Shown here: piece after piece, positions 12,042-21,723 of the stretch | Position numbering within the stretch: position 1 is the stretch's first letter | Layout: every line of letters begins with the position of its first letter | DNA from: Octopus bimaculoides | Taxonomy: Eukaryota | DNA: 64,000 bases | Assembly (NCBI RefSeq): GCF_001194135.2 | Contig: NC_068982.1 | Location: 129,477,062 to 129,541,061 of the forward strand | Direction of reading: 5' to 3' | Notes under the pieces: generated by a model | Database searches by the model: none | What the model was told of the DNA's origin: nothing | Seen by the model: the letters and a program-made list of their open reading frames with translations, nothing else | Program-made: the position numbers and the translations under genes

Positions 12042-12606
12042 CTTTCTACTATAGGCACAAGGCCTGAAATTTGGGGGAAGGAACTAGTCGACCCCCAGTG
12101 TTTCATTGGTACTTAATTTATTGATCCCGAAAGGATGAAAGGTAAAGTCGATCTTGACGGAATTTGAACTCAGAATATAGAGATAGATGAAATGTTGTTA
12201 GGCACAGGAGTGGCTGTGAGGTAAATAGCTTGGTTCTGGGTTCAGTCTCACTGCATGGCACTTTGGGCAAGTGTCTTCTGCTATAGCCTCAGATCAACCA
12301 AAGCCTTGTGAGTGGATTTGGTGGACGGAAAATGAAAAGAAGCCCGTTGTATATATGTATATGTTTGTGTGTCTGTGTTTGTCACCCCACCATCTCTTGA
12401 CAACCGATGCTGGTGTGTTTGTGTCCCCATAACCTAGCGGTTTAGCAAAAAAGACCGATAGAATAAGTACTAGGCTTACAAATCCTGGGGTCGATTTGTT
12501 CGACCAAAGGTGGTGCTTCAGCATGGCTACAGTCAAATAACTGAAATAAATAAAAGAGTAAGTGTTTTGCCCAGCATGCTCATGATTCTGCCAGCTTGCC
12601 ACCTTA
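12040..12606 (-). mobile_element. Meta-domain SINE split by a nested CORE-like SINE
   Basis: 3' half at 12040-12200 and head remnant at 12561-12606 rejoin as GGGCAAAACACT|TAACAACATTTC on the minus strand; (AAT)n on both sides. Confidence 0.75.
12201..12560 (+). mobile_element. CORE-like tRNA SINE, full length
   Basis: GGCACAGGAGTGGCTGTG head, GGGTTCAGTC B-box-like, CACTTTGGGCAAGTGTCTTC core, tail CAGCATGGCTACAGTCAAATAACTGAAA...AAAAGAG. Confidence 0.85.
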
Positions 12607-13169
12607 ATATAATAATAATAATAATAATAATAATTCACAATAATATTAGAGGACGTTGAGCTACATGTTTTGCAGTATTTAGAACCAATTCATTCTGTTT
12701 GTCTTCATTCTATGTTTGATAAAATAATTATCACTCAAGAATTAGGATTTGATTTAACGCTACTTTTCTCACAAAATCTGTAGCTTTATATAAATGTTAG
12801 ACATCATTATCATCTTCTTTCAGTCTTGTTTCCATTTTTTTTTTTTAGTGTCTTCCAGACACCTAGGGCAAAGAAACTTACTGTATACATTGATAGGCCA
12901 CTAAAATAAACACACCAGATCTGTTATTTGCAAAATCAAATAAAGTTATATAAAAAATAAAAAAATTACAAGGACGGTTATTGTTCTCACAATGACAATG
13001 TTCTCCTCAATATAAGTGACATACCAGTTAAAACATTTTTTTGCTCTTCTTGCAGGGATGGTAAGTCAGGAATTATTTTCAAATAATTTTCAGTTCCTGT
13101 TTTGGTCATTCCTAGAGCTCCTTGAAGTGTCACATGTTTTTGATTTCAATGAGCAAATCTTTACATTTT

Positions 13170-14470
13170 CTGAGTTCAAATACTGCCAAAGTCGATTTTG
13201 CCTTTCATTCTTTTGGGGTCAAGAAAATAAGTACCAGTTGAGTACTGGGGTCAATGTAATCAACTTACCCCTGCACACCCCCAAAATTCAGGCCTTTTAC
13301 TTATAGCAGAAAAGATTATTATTATTATTTGATTAAAACTCTCAGCTTGTTTTGCTGGGTATGATGAAAAGTGATGATTTTTGTAGTTGTTTTATCTTTA
13401 CATTTGTACCAATCTCTTTGAGCCATGCTGGGAGTTGGACACTGATACTTCCCAGAAACCAATTACTACTGGCATTATGTCTACTCTCTTCATTGCCCAC
13501 AACCTGCATATTTCCCCACTTCAAATTGTCATAGGTCTTCAGTTTTTCTTCTTTCTCTTTGATCCTGTTGTCACTGAGACATGCTAAGTTGATTATCATG
13601 CAAGTTTTTCCTTTTTTTGTTCACCACAATAATGTCAGGTTTCCAGTGTCTGATCTGATGGTCACATTATTATTGTATTTAAATTCCATCAAGGCTGACT
13701 TTGCCTTTCAGCTTTTCAGGGGTCAATAAAATGATACTAGTTGAACACTGGGGTTGATGTAATCAACTTACCCCTCCCCCAAAATTACTGGCTTTGTGCC
13801 ATCATCATCATCATCATTATTAAGAAGATGGCAAGCTGGCAGAATTGTTAGCTTGCTGGACAAAATGCTTAGCGGTCTTTTGCCTGTTGCTATGTTCTGA
13901 GTTCAAATTCCACCAAGGTTGACTTTGCCTTTCATCCTTTCAGGGTTGATAAATTAACCCTTTCATGACCATATTTTTGTTGAGATGCTCTGTGTTTCTT
14001 TCAATCAATTTTAAATATAACAAAGAGTATAGTAAAATAACTTAGTTATCATTCAGCTGGTGTTAAGAACATAAATTGTGACTAAGGTTTGGTGGAAGAT
14101 TTTAATTCAGAACTTTTGAAAATAAGACATTTGTACTACAGAGCCAGAGGCGGTTCTGGCAGGTTGAGATCAAAAGGGTTAAGTACCAGTGAAACACTGG
14201 GGTTGATGTAATCGACTAGTCCCCTCCCCACAAAATTTCAGGCCTTGTGTTTTTAGTAGAAAGGATTATTATTGTTATTAAGGCAGCGAGCTGGCTGAAT
14301 TGTTAGCACACCGGGCAAAATGCTTGGCAGCATATTTTCCATCTTCATGTTCTGAGTTCAAATTCTACTGAGGTCAGCTTTGCCTATCATCCTTTTGGGG
14401 CTGATAAATTAAGTCCCCTCTCCCACAAATTTCACGCTTTGTGCCTTCAGTAGAAAGGATTATTATTATT
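13170..14470 (+). mobile_element. Cluster of Meta-domain SINE copies, partly head-to-tail
   Basis: TTTGCCT(T/A)TCA(T)CCTTT domain recurs near 13195, 13700, 13925 and 14400; (ATT)n tails abut the next head at about 13826 and 14281. Confidence 0.8.
13958..14178. mobile_element. piggyBac-type MITE (family 2) nested in a SINE
   Basis: CCCTTT...AAAGGG termini with TTAA at 13954-13957 and 14179-14182; removing it restores the SINE sequence GATAAATTAAGTACCAG. Confidence 0.85.
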
Positions 14471-14599
14471 ATTGTCAGCAGATTTTTGTCTAGATTTCAT
14501 GTCAAGAAATCTCCTTAAATTGAGGACTTTATGAAGAATTTTTAGAAATTTTGTAGAATAGAGAGTGAGTTATAATTACAAAGTTTTTAGAATCTATTG

Positions 14600-16140
14600 A
14601 ATGGTTGTATTTCTGTTGTACCTAGCATTCTTGTTACAACAGGAATAACTTTCATTCACATATCTAGTCTTTTCCATGCCTTGTACATGTATGGAGAAAG
14701 CTTCCACATGGTCTTAGAATACTGCAATACTCATTTCCAAAAACAGCTAAATTTATATTTCATACTTTCCTTTTGAGTATCTTTTTCTCTACCTTACCAT
14801 ACCTTTTTCATTTTGTTTTTGTCATTTTGTTGTTTTCATATATAAAATGATGGAAATGTGCATTTACTTGTTACAAAGACAACACTTATTACATTGCTAG
14901 CTATTTTTGTTTTGAAAAGACTTCTAATCATGTGTTCATATGCAGCTAGGATAAAAGTTCTGTTTTCCTCATTAGTCCTCCACATATCAGCCAAGCCCAT
15001 TATTCTTCTTGTATATCTTATAGTTGCCAGACAAATTGCCCATGAACATTTTTCCTTTTGTTTGTAAATTTTTTTCTACCTATCTTCATTCCCTGTTATT
15101 CTCACTGACTGCACATATCAGCTTCTCTTCACTTTTCCTGACATACAACTCTCTTCTATTTTATACAATATCTGTTATATTGTGGTCTACTTCCTTCATT
15201 TCTCACTATATACTGTTAACCAACACTATTAAGAGGGTGTATGTAGCCTGTTGTTCACAACCTTTGCTGTTTCTTTCCACTAAAAAGCTTCAGAGTAGCT
15301 CAGTATTGATGCTTTTAATTTTGAGTTTAGAATATTGCTGATCCTCTCTATCTTTCATTTCCTTTCAATTCATCATTTTGTTATAAACTCTTTTGGTGAT
15401 CTTGGTCAGATTTTAACTACCTTTTCTTCTCTCTTTATAACAAGCACAGCATGTTTGTTAACACTGAACTGTAACAATTCTAATAGAACATATATGAAAT
15501 AAACTAATATCTTCATTTTTGTTGTCAGGTTTTAAGTCAAACATGAACATTAGTTAGTTAATTCCTTCATTACTTTTGGACTGATGATGTTTTTTGTATG
15601 GACTTTAAGAGAATCAAGGTAATATGAAGAGTAGTGGAGACCAATCTAAAAATTTCTTAGTTCTTTTTGATTTAGTTTTATATTGGAAAACTTATTTCTG
15701 TAGTAAGTATAGCTACATAACATATCAGGTCATTAATACCAGAGATGGTATGTACTTGTAGACTTTTCAGTATTTTAACTTTTTCACTGCCAAAAATAAC
15801 CTGCATTACTTAACTCATCTTCATCATCATCATCATCATCATCGTTTAACGTCCGCTTTCCATGCTAGCATGGGTTGGACGATTTGACTGAGGACTGGTA
15901 AACCAGATGGCTACACAAGGCTCCAATCTGATTTGGCAGAGTTTCTACAGCTGGATGCCCTTCCTAACGCCAACCACTCCGAGAGTGATAAATCTTTCTT
16001 GGTATATCTTTCTTATTTCTTCAAATTACTCTAATATCAATTTCTCTGATATTTCTAATCCTTTCTAAATCCAGTGATGTCTTCTTTAACCTTCATCTTT
16101 ATCATTCCTGCCTTGGCGCAGTAAATTTTCTCTTCAATTT
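14600..16140 (-). mobile_element. Highly degenerate RLE-type (R4/Dong-like) non-LTR retrotransposon remnant
   Basis: Minus-strand peptides in the expected order: LQFSVNKHAVLVIKR (about 15421-15475), ENRTFILAAYEHMIR (about 14920-14967), NKCCLC (zinc knuckle), MKVIPVVTRMLGT (about 14618-14656). Many stops; left/right limits approximate. Confidence 0.55.
15815..15990 (-). mobile_element. Young RTE 3' tail, 5'-truncated
   Basis: (CAT)n CGTTTAACGTCCGCTTTCCATGCTAGCATGGGTTGGACG; CpGs retained. Confidence 0.85.
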
Positions 16141-16157
16141 TTCTTCTACTTAAGATG

Positions 16158-16380
16158 AGTTGGCAGAATTGTTAGCTTGCTGGGCAAAATGCTTAGTAGC
16201 ATTCTGTTTGTCTTTACATTTTTGAGTTCAAATTCTAGTGAGGTCAACTTTGCCATTCATCCTTTAGTGGGTGATAAAATAAGTACTAGCTGAACACTGA
16301 GGATGATGTAATTGACTTCATTTGTCCAAGGTGCCACTTTGTGGGAATGAACTTGAAAACATGTGGTTGGCAAGCAAACT
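16158..16380 (+). mobile_element. Meta-domain SINE (decayed) plus an adjacent CORE-like fragment in reverse
   Basis: GAGTTGGCAGAATTGTTAGC...GAGGTCAACTTTGCCATTCATCCTTT. Confidence 0.65.
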
Positions 16381-16394
16381 TCATCTATCTACCT

Positions 16395-16399
<5 letters not shown>

Positions 16400-16468
<69 letters not shown>
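16400..16468. repeat. Compound microsatellite (CT)n(AT)n
   Basis: Seen directly. Confidence 0.97.
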
Positions 16469-16472
<4 letters not shown>

Positions 16473-17089
16473 ACTTGTATTGTTCATTCATTTCTGTGTC
16501 TGTTTTAACTTACGCTTCTATCTATAGGTCATTGTATTTTGACTCGACATCTTATTGAGCAGATATTCTTTCTAAATTGTGAATGATATTATGTGTAGTT
16601 TTTAATTTCTCTATCGGTTTTGTGACTTGGTCTTTGACAGTAACAGTTTTTTGGTTAATGCTCATTCTATGTATCACCTATTGATATTCAGTAGGGTTTA
16701 TCTACTGTCCAGTGGTTATAGCCACCTACTTATGTGTATCTTGTTTTGATCTAAATATTTCCTGACAATCTACATTTTCTGTTTCAAGTAGTTTGACTAA
16801 GTTCTGGTCTTCTGCAGTGGTTATAAGTTTATTATTACTGCATTTTGACCAGCAGCAAAATAGTAAATATAAAGTTTCTCTTTATATTTACTACTGTGTT
16901 GACCTGTCTTTCTGGTTACTGTACATGATTTAAAAATATATCTACTGCTTTTTTGTACACAAGGTTGGTGTTGATTACATAGGAATAAATATCCTTCCAT
17001 TAAATCTGAAGATTTTGGATAGAAAGTATTGTTCTTTGGCAGTTTCAAACATTTTACAGTTTTGAATTATGCTGATGCTTAAAGAATTT

Positions 17090-17420
17090 AATCATTTTTT
17101 TAGGAATCGAACCTCATGCTCCAATTATTGTTGATGTCATGTTCTTCATTGCATTCTTGAAACTGTTGCATATTTATCAATTTTTCTCATTTTTGAGACT
17201 GTATCGTGGTTCTTAGATATACGTTGATAAGAAACTGTTTTGTTTTTTACCAACAAATAACATTTCTTTTTCTTCTACCTTTCCTATCTTTGTTACCTTT
17301 GTCACTGTCTTCTATTTTTGTCATTTTCATTTATTTTTTTCATTCCATTTTGTCTTCTTTCTTCAGTCTTCTTGTTTGGTTTTGTCTTGTTTTCTTCTTT
17401 TCTGTTCATTGTTATTATAG
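17090..17420 (-). mobile_element. Second RLE-type LINE remnant (endonuclease C-terminus)
   Basis: Minus-strand RKIDKYA and IIGA*GSIPKKM resemble EK(I/L)xKY and IVIGALGxIP of restriction-like endonuclease LINEs. Confidence 0.5.
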
Positions 17421-17809
17421 TAGGTCAAGAGTGCAGCAGCAAGGTCATGGCAAACTGATTTTTCCACACACACACTCCACGGTCTTAACTAAACATATTC
17501 TGTGCACACTTCATATTTACGTTGAGATCTTTGTGCATATATTACAAAGCACATACATATACATACATGTGCTACAAAACACATGCATACAATTTTAAAA
17601 TGTTAAAAAAATCAACTGAAGAATCCCCCAGGATTGACATATCTTACAATTACAAACACATTCCAATGACTAGAGACACAATTAAGTACAGACAGAAATT
17701 AAATAGGTAATTAATGGTAAATAGAAAGCAGGAACAAATTGAACCATTTCCCGAGTTTCTCAACTGCTATGATATAGCAACATGCTAATATGTTTAAATA
17801 ACAAATAAG

Positions 17810-18225
17810 GTGCGGCTGTGTGGTTAAGATGTTAGCTTTGCAACCACATGGTTTTGGGTTCAGTTTCACTGTGTCGCACCCTGGGCAAGTGTCTTCTGTA
17901 GCCTTAGGCCAACCAAATCCTTGCGTGGGGATTTGGTAGATGGAAACTGAGAGAGGTCCATCATGAGTGTGTATATGTTTGTGTCTCTTTGTCTTTACAT
18001 CACATGGTAGTTGTAAAACAAGTTTCACCATCATTTAAATGGTATCCTTCATTTCTAGTCTTCAGTGAAAGTATGTCTGGCTATGGGGAAATATTACCTT
18101 GCTTAAAAAACTAGTGAGGGCTGGCAGCAGGAAGGATGTTCAGCCATAGAAAATACACCACAATAAACACTGACTGACCTGTGCAAGTGTGGAAAAGTGG
18201 TCATTAAAGTGATGATGATGATGAA
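17810..18225 (+). mobile_element. CORE-like SINE head with RTE-type (GAT)n tail
   Basis: GCGGCTGTGTGGTTAAG, GGGTTCAGTTTC, CCCTGGGCAAGTGTCTTC; ends AAAGTGATGATGATGATG. Confidence 0.7.
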
Positions 18226-18320
18226 TGTTATGAAACTATTTTGATTTTGTTGTTAGAGAAATATAAGATAGTTTTATAAATATATGCGTATCTATGTATG
18301 TATGTATGTATATATATGTG

Positions 18321-18357
<37 letters not shown>

Positions 18358-18714
18358 NNNNNNNNNNNNNNNNNNNNNNNNNNNNNNNNNNNNNNNNNNN
18401 NNNNNNNNNNNNNNNNNNNNNNNNNNNNNNNNNNNNNNNNNNNNNNNNNNNNNNNNNNNNNNNNNNNNNNNNNNNNNNNNNNNNNNNNNNNNNNNNNNNN
18501 NNNNNNNNNNNNNNNNNNNNNNNNNNNNNNNNNNNNNNNNNNNNNNNNNNNNNNNNNNNNNNNNNNNNNNNNNNNNNNNNNNNNNNNNNNNNNNNNNNNN
18601 NNNNNNNNNNNNNNNNNNNNNNNNNNNNNNNNNNNNNNNNNNNNNNNNNNNNNNNNNNNNNNNNNNNNNNNNNNNNNNNNNNNNNNNNNNNNNNNNNNNN
18701 NNNNNNNNNNNNNN
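18358..18714. other. Assembly gap after (AT)n
   Basis: N run. Confidence 1.
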
Positions 18715-19130
18715 AGAGCCAGTCCAGGGGCACTGGCAACGATCTCGCTCGAAAATCCTACGAAAGCCAGTCAGGCGGTACTGGCAACGGCCATGCTCAA
18801 AATGGTGTATTTTATGTGCCACCCACACAAGAGCCAGTCCAGGGGCACTGGCAACGATCTCGCTCGAAAATCCTTACACATGTCATGGGTACAAGTGCCA
18901 GAGAGGCGACGCTGGGCACAGGTGCTATCCTGATTTTTCTATTCGCTTATGTATATATATTTTCTTTTTCTTTCTTTTTTATTTTACTTGTTTCGGTCAT
19001 TTGACTGCGGCCATGTCAAATCACCTTTAGTCAAACAAATCGAGCCCAGGACTTATTCTTTGTAAGCCTAGTACTTATTCTATCGGTCTCTTTTGCCAAA
19101 CCGCTAAGTTACGAGGATGTAAACACACCA
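18715..19130 (-). mobile_element. RTE 3'-UTR subrepeats followed by the 3' half of a CORE-like SINE
   Basis: GAGCCAGTCCAGGGGCACTGGCAACGATCTCGCTCGAAAATCC occurs twice; TTTTACTTGTTTCGGTCATTTGACTGCGGCCATG is the SINE tail in reverse. Confidence 0.75.
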
Positions 19131-19849
19131 ACAAGTGTTTAGTTTAATATTTAATGTTATGAACATATTTTAATTTTGATTAGTTTTATCTTAATTTTGA
19201 TGAATAATCTTCAGTAAAAGAATGAGAAAAACAACAATATTCTATGTAAAGCTTAATCAGAGCTAAAAGTAAAAAAAAAAAAAAAGCAAAATTGCGAGAT
19301 TAGAAGTTTGTTATTCATGGCAAGCATTTTATACTACTTATCTTATGCATAAAAGGCAATTTCTGTCTTTCTGTTACCATCTTGTTGCCTACACTCGTGA
19401 ACCAATCTTGATGAAACTTTGCATACATGTTAAACTAAAATCCAGTTCAGTTATAGGCTAATTGGATTTCAATAAAAAAAAAATCTATAATGGGCTCCCT
19501 TGTGGAGTTGGGCTATTATATGATAAAATGATAAGGGTGCAAAGAGTGTTAGTGTGAGAGAAATGTAGTAGAATAGTGAGTGTGACTGATATCAGAAGGA
19601 GAGAACAGCATTGTGTAAGTGACAAATATGGAGTGGCAACGTTAATACAGTTATCATATACACACGACACTGTATACATACTTTCGTAAATACATAGATA
19701 TACACACACACACACTTGTACATGCACATAAGTAAATTTTAAAATGCAGAGGAAGAGAAAGAAAAGTGGGTGCGAGGAATACATAGTTTTGAGGAGAGAG
19801 GTGAGAGATGGCTTTTCTGATGTCCATCACAAAGAAACACTCAAACACA

Positions 19850-20940
19850 TACACTATTTTAATCTCGTGATTACCTATGTGTATGTTTGTAAGTGTGCTT
19901 CAGTGTGTGTGTGACATCCTATAACTGTCTGTCTCTCTACTTTTGTAGTGTCTTTCCTGTTACTGTCACATATTGTGAAATTTTTAAATTACGTCAAAAT
20001 TTTCAAATTTGGTTTATTGAAATAATTTTCCATGTTAAATCTGATTTTGTTATTTAGTTGTTCCAGAAAATGTTACTAAGGTCTGAAGTTTAATCAGTTT
20101 TACCTAATTAGAAAACAAGATTCGGAAGCTGGCATTTTCTGCATGGTAGTTGTCTACCACAAAATGAAAGCAAGATCATTACGAGGAGGAATTTTTATTA
20201 AACACGAAAGTAAAGTATTACGACGACCAAAGTTGTAAGAACTTCTGAAGTTTTAATAAGTTTTAATGAATAAAGTCATGTGAAATGGTCGAACAGACAT
20301 TTAAATAATTAAAAAGGGAAAAAATCCTCAAAGTATTTTTGTGAAAAATTGCACGAATCTGTCCTGAACAAGAGGTCTGTCTGTCATAGAAGGCATGGTC
20401 TGACAAGGAATAAACAAAAATTTATATAAGACATTCTATTGTAAAAATTGCCCAGCAACGACAGGCTATTCAGCTAGTTTTATATATGTTGATACAGGTT
20501 TAAACAGGTTTGCTGATAACTAGGGTTGAAGGTAAAAGTTTAAAAAGAAGAAGAAAAAATCTTTTCACAATTTCTTAGTGTTTGTAGTTGTTAGGTTTCT
20601 AGCAGATCCAGTACATATATTTTATTTTGTTAATTTTCAATTCAAATGATTTTGAAAACTTACTTTTTCTTCATTCTTTATATGCAATTGTACACAACCT
20701 ATATTTACATTTATGTTTGTAATACAGTTACCGAATTGTTGTTTGAATAAACAATGTAATATGGCTGAAAAATAGATGTTCTAGTTACCGTCTAACAGAA
20801 ACTCTGAAGAAATTAACTTAATCTGTTCTGTGTTAGTTAAATTGAGCTGTGCTAGTTGAGAAGTCTTTTTAATTGTGTAATTATTTAAAAAAATCTAGCA
20901 ACTACAAGCGTGTGTGTCGTCTGGGGACTTTTTTTTTCTA
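19850..20940. promoter_or_regulatory. Candidate promoter / first non-coding exon region of GAPVD1, possibly bidirectional
   Basis: About 1 kb free of recognisable repeats with visibly more CpG than unique intronic DNA elsewhere. Candidate + donor AAG|GTAAAA at 20531/20532; candidate - donors AG|GTAATC at 19875 and AG|GTAAAA at 20104. Inference only. Confidence 0.35.
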
Positions 20941-21689
20941 TTTATCATTTTAGTCAGATGAGGATGATAAATGCTCATGACCTTTGTTGGCACTCCCTGA
21001 CTTGTGAGACTGATGCACACTGTGTGTGTATGTGTAAATTGATGCCTTCATGTTGAAATTTCAGGGATTTAGTTTTCTGAGATAATGTGAAATAATGATG
21101 ACTGAGAGAGAGAGATATATATATTTAAAAGTCTAGTTGAAAGTAGATGTAAATAGATGAATACTATATCTTAAAGTTACCAGTTGTGTGCAGTCCAGAA
21201 GATGTTCTCAAATAAATTGGCTTTTACATCCCTGATTTATTTTGGCTTTTTTAAACTACTACTTGTTTTGATGGAACTAAGTGTAAGTGCATAAGATTTT
21301 GTTGTAAAGGAATAATGTTTTTTACTTTGATTAATGAAAAATAAAAGATTGAAAGAAATAAACAAAACTTTTTGTATCGAGCTGCAACCATTTGAAATAT
21401 CAGCTGTAGAGATTATTAAATCTGATGTTATTCTTAGGAATAAGATGCATCATTGTCATTGCTGTTTAACATTCACTTTTCCATGTTTGTATGGGTTAGG
21501 TGGAATTTGTTGAGGCAGATTTTTTACAGCCAGTTGCCTTATCTGCCACCAACACTCTTCTGTTTCTAAACAAGGGCAATATTTCCCCATAGCATATTTT
21601 CAAGGAACTTTGGAAACAAACAGCATTGCTTGTATGACAGTGTTGCTCATTTACAACTGTCAAATGATACTAAGAATATGCACACATGC

Positions 21690-21722
<33 letters not shown>

Positions 21723-21723
<1 letters not shown>

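Noticed and set aside
18236-19030. Long ORFs spanning N gaps (also 1771-2175, 29722-30228, 41097-41418)
   Set aside because: They are open only because N codons and microsatellites contain no stops.
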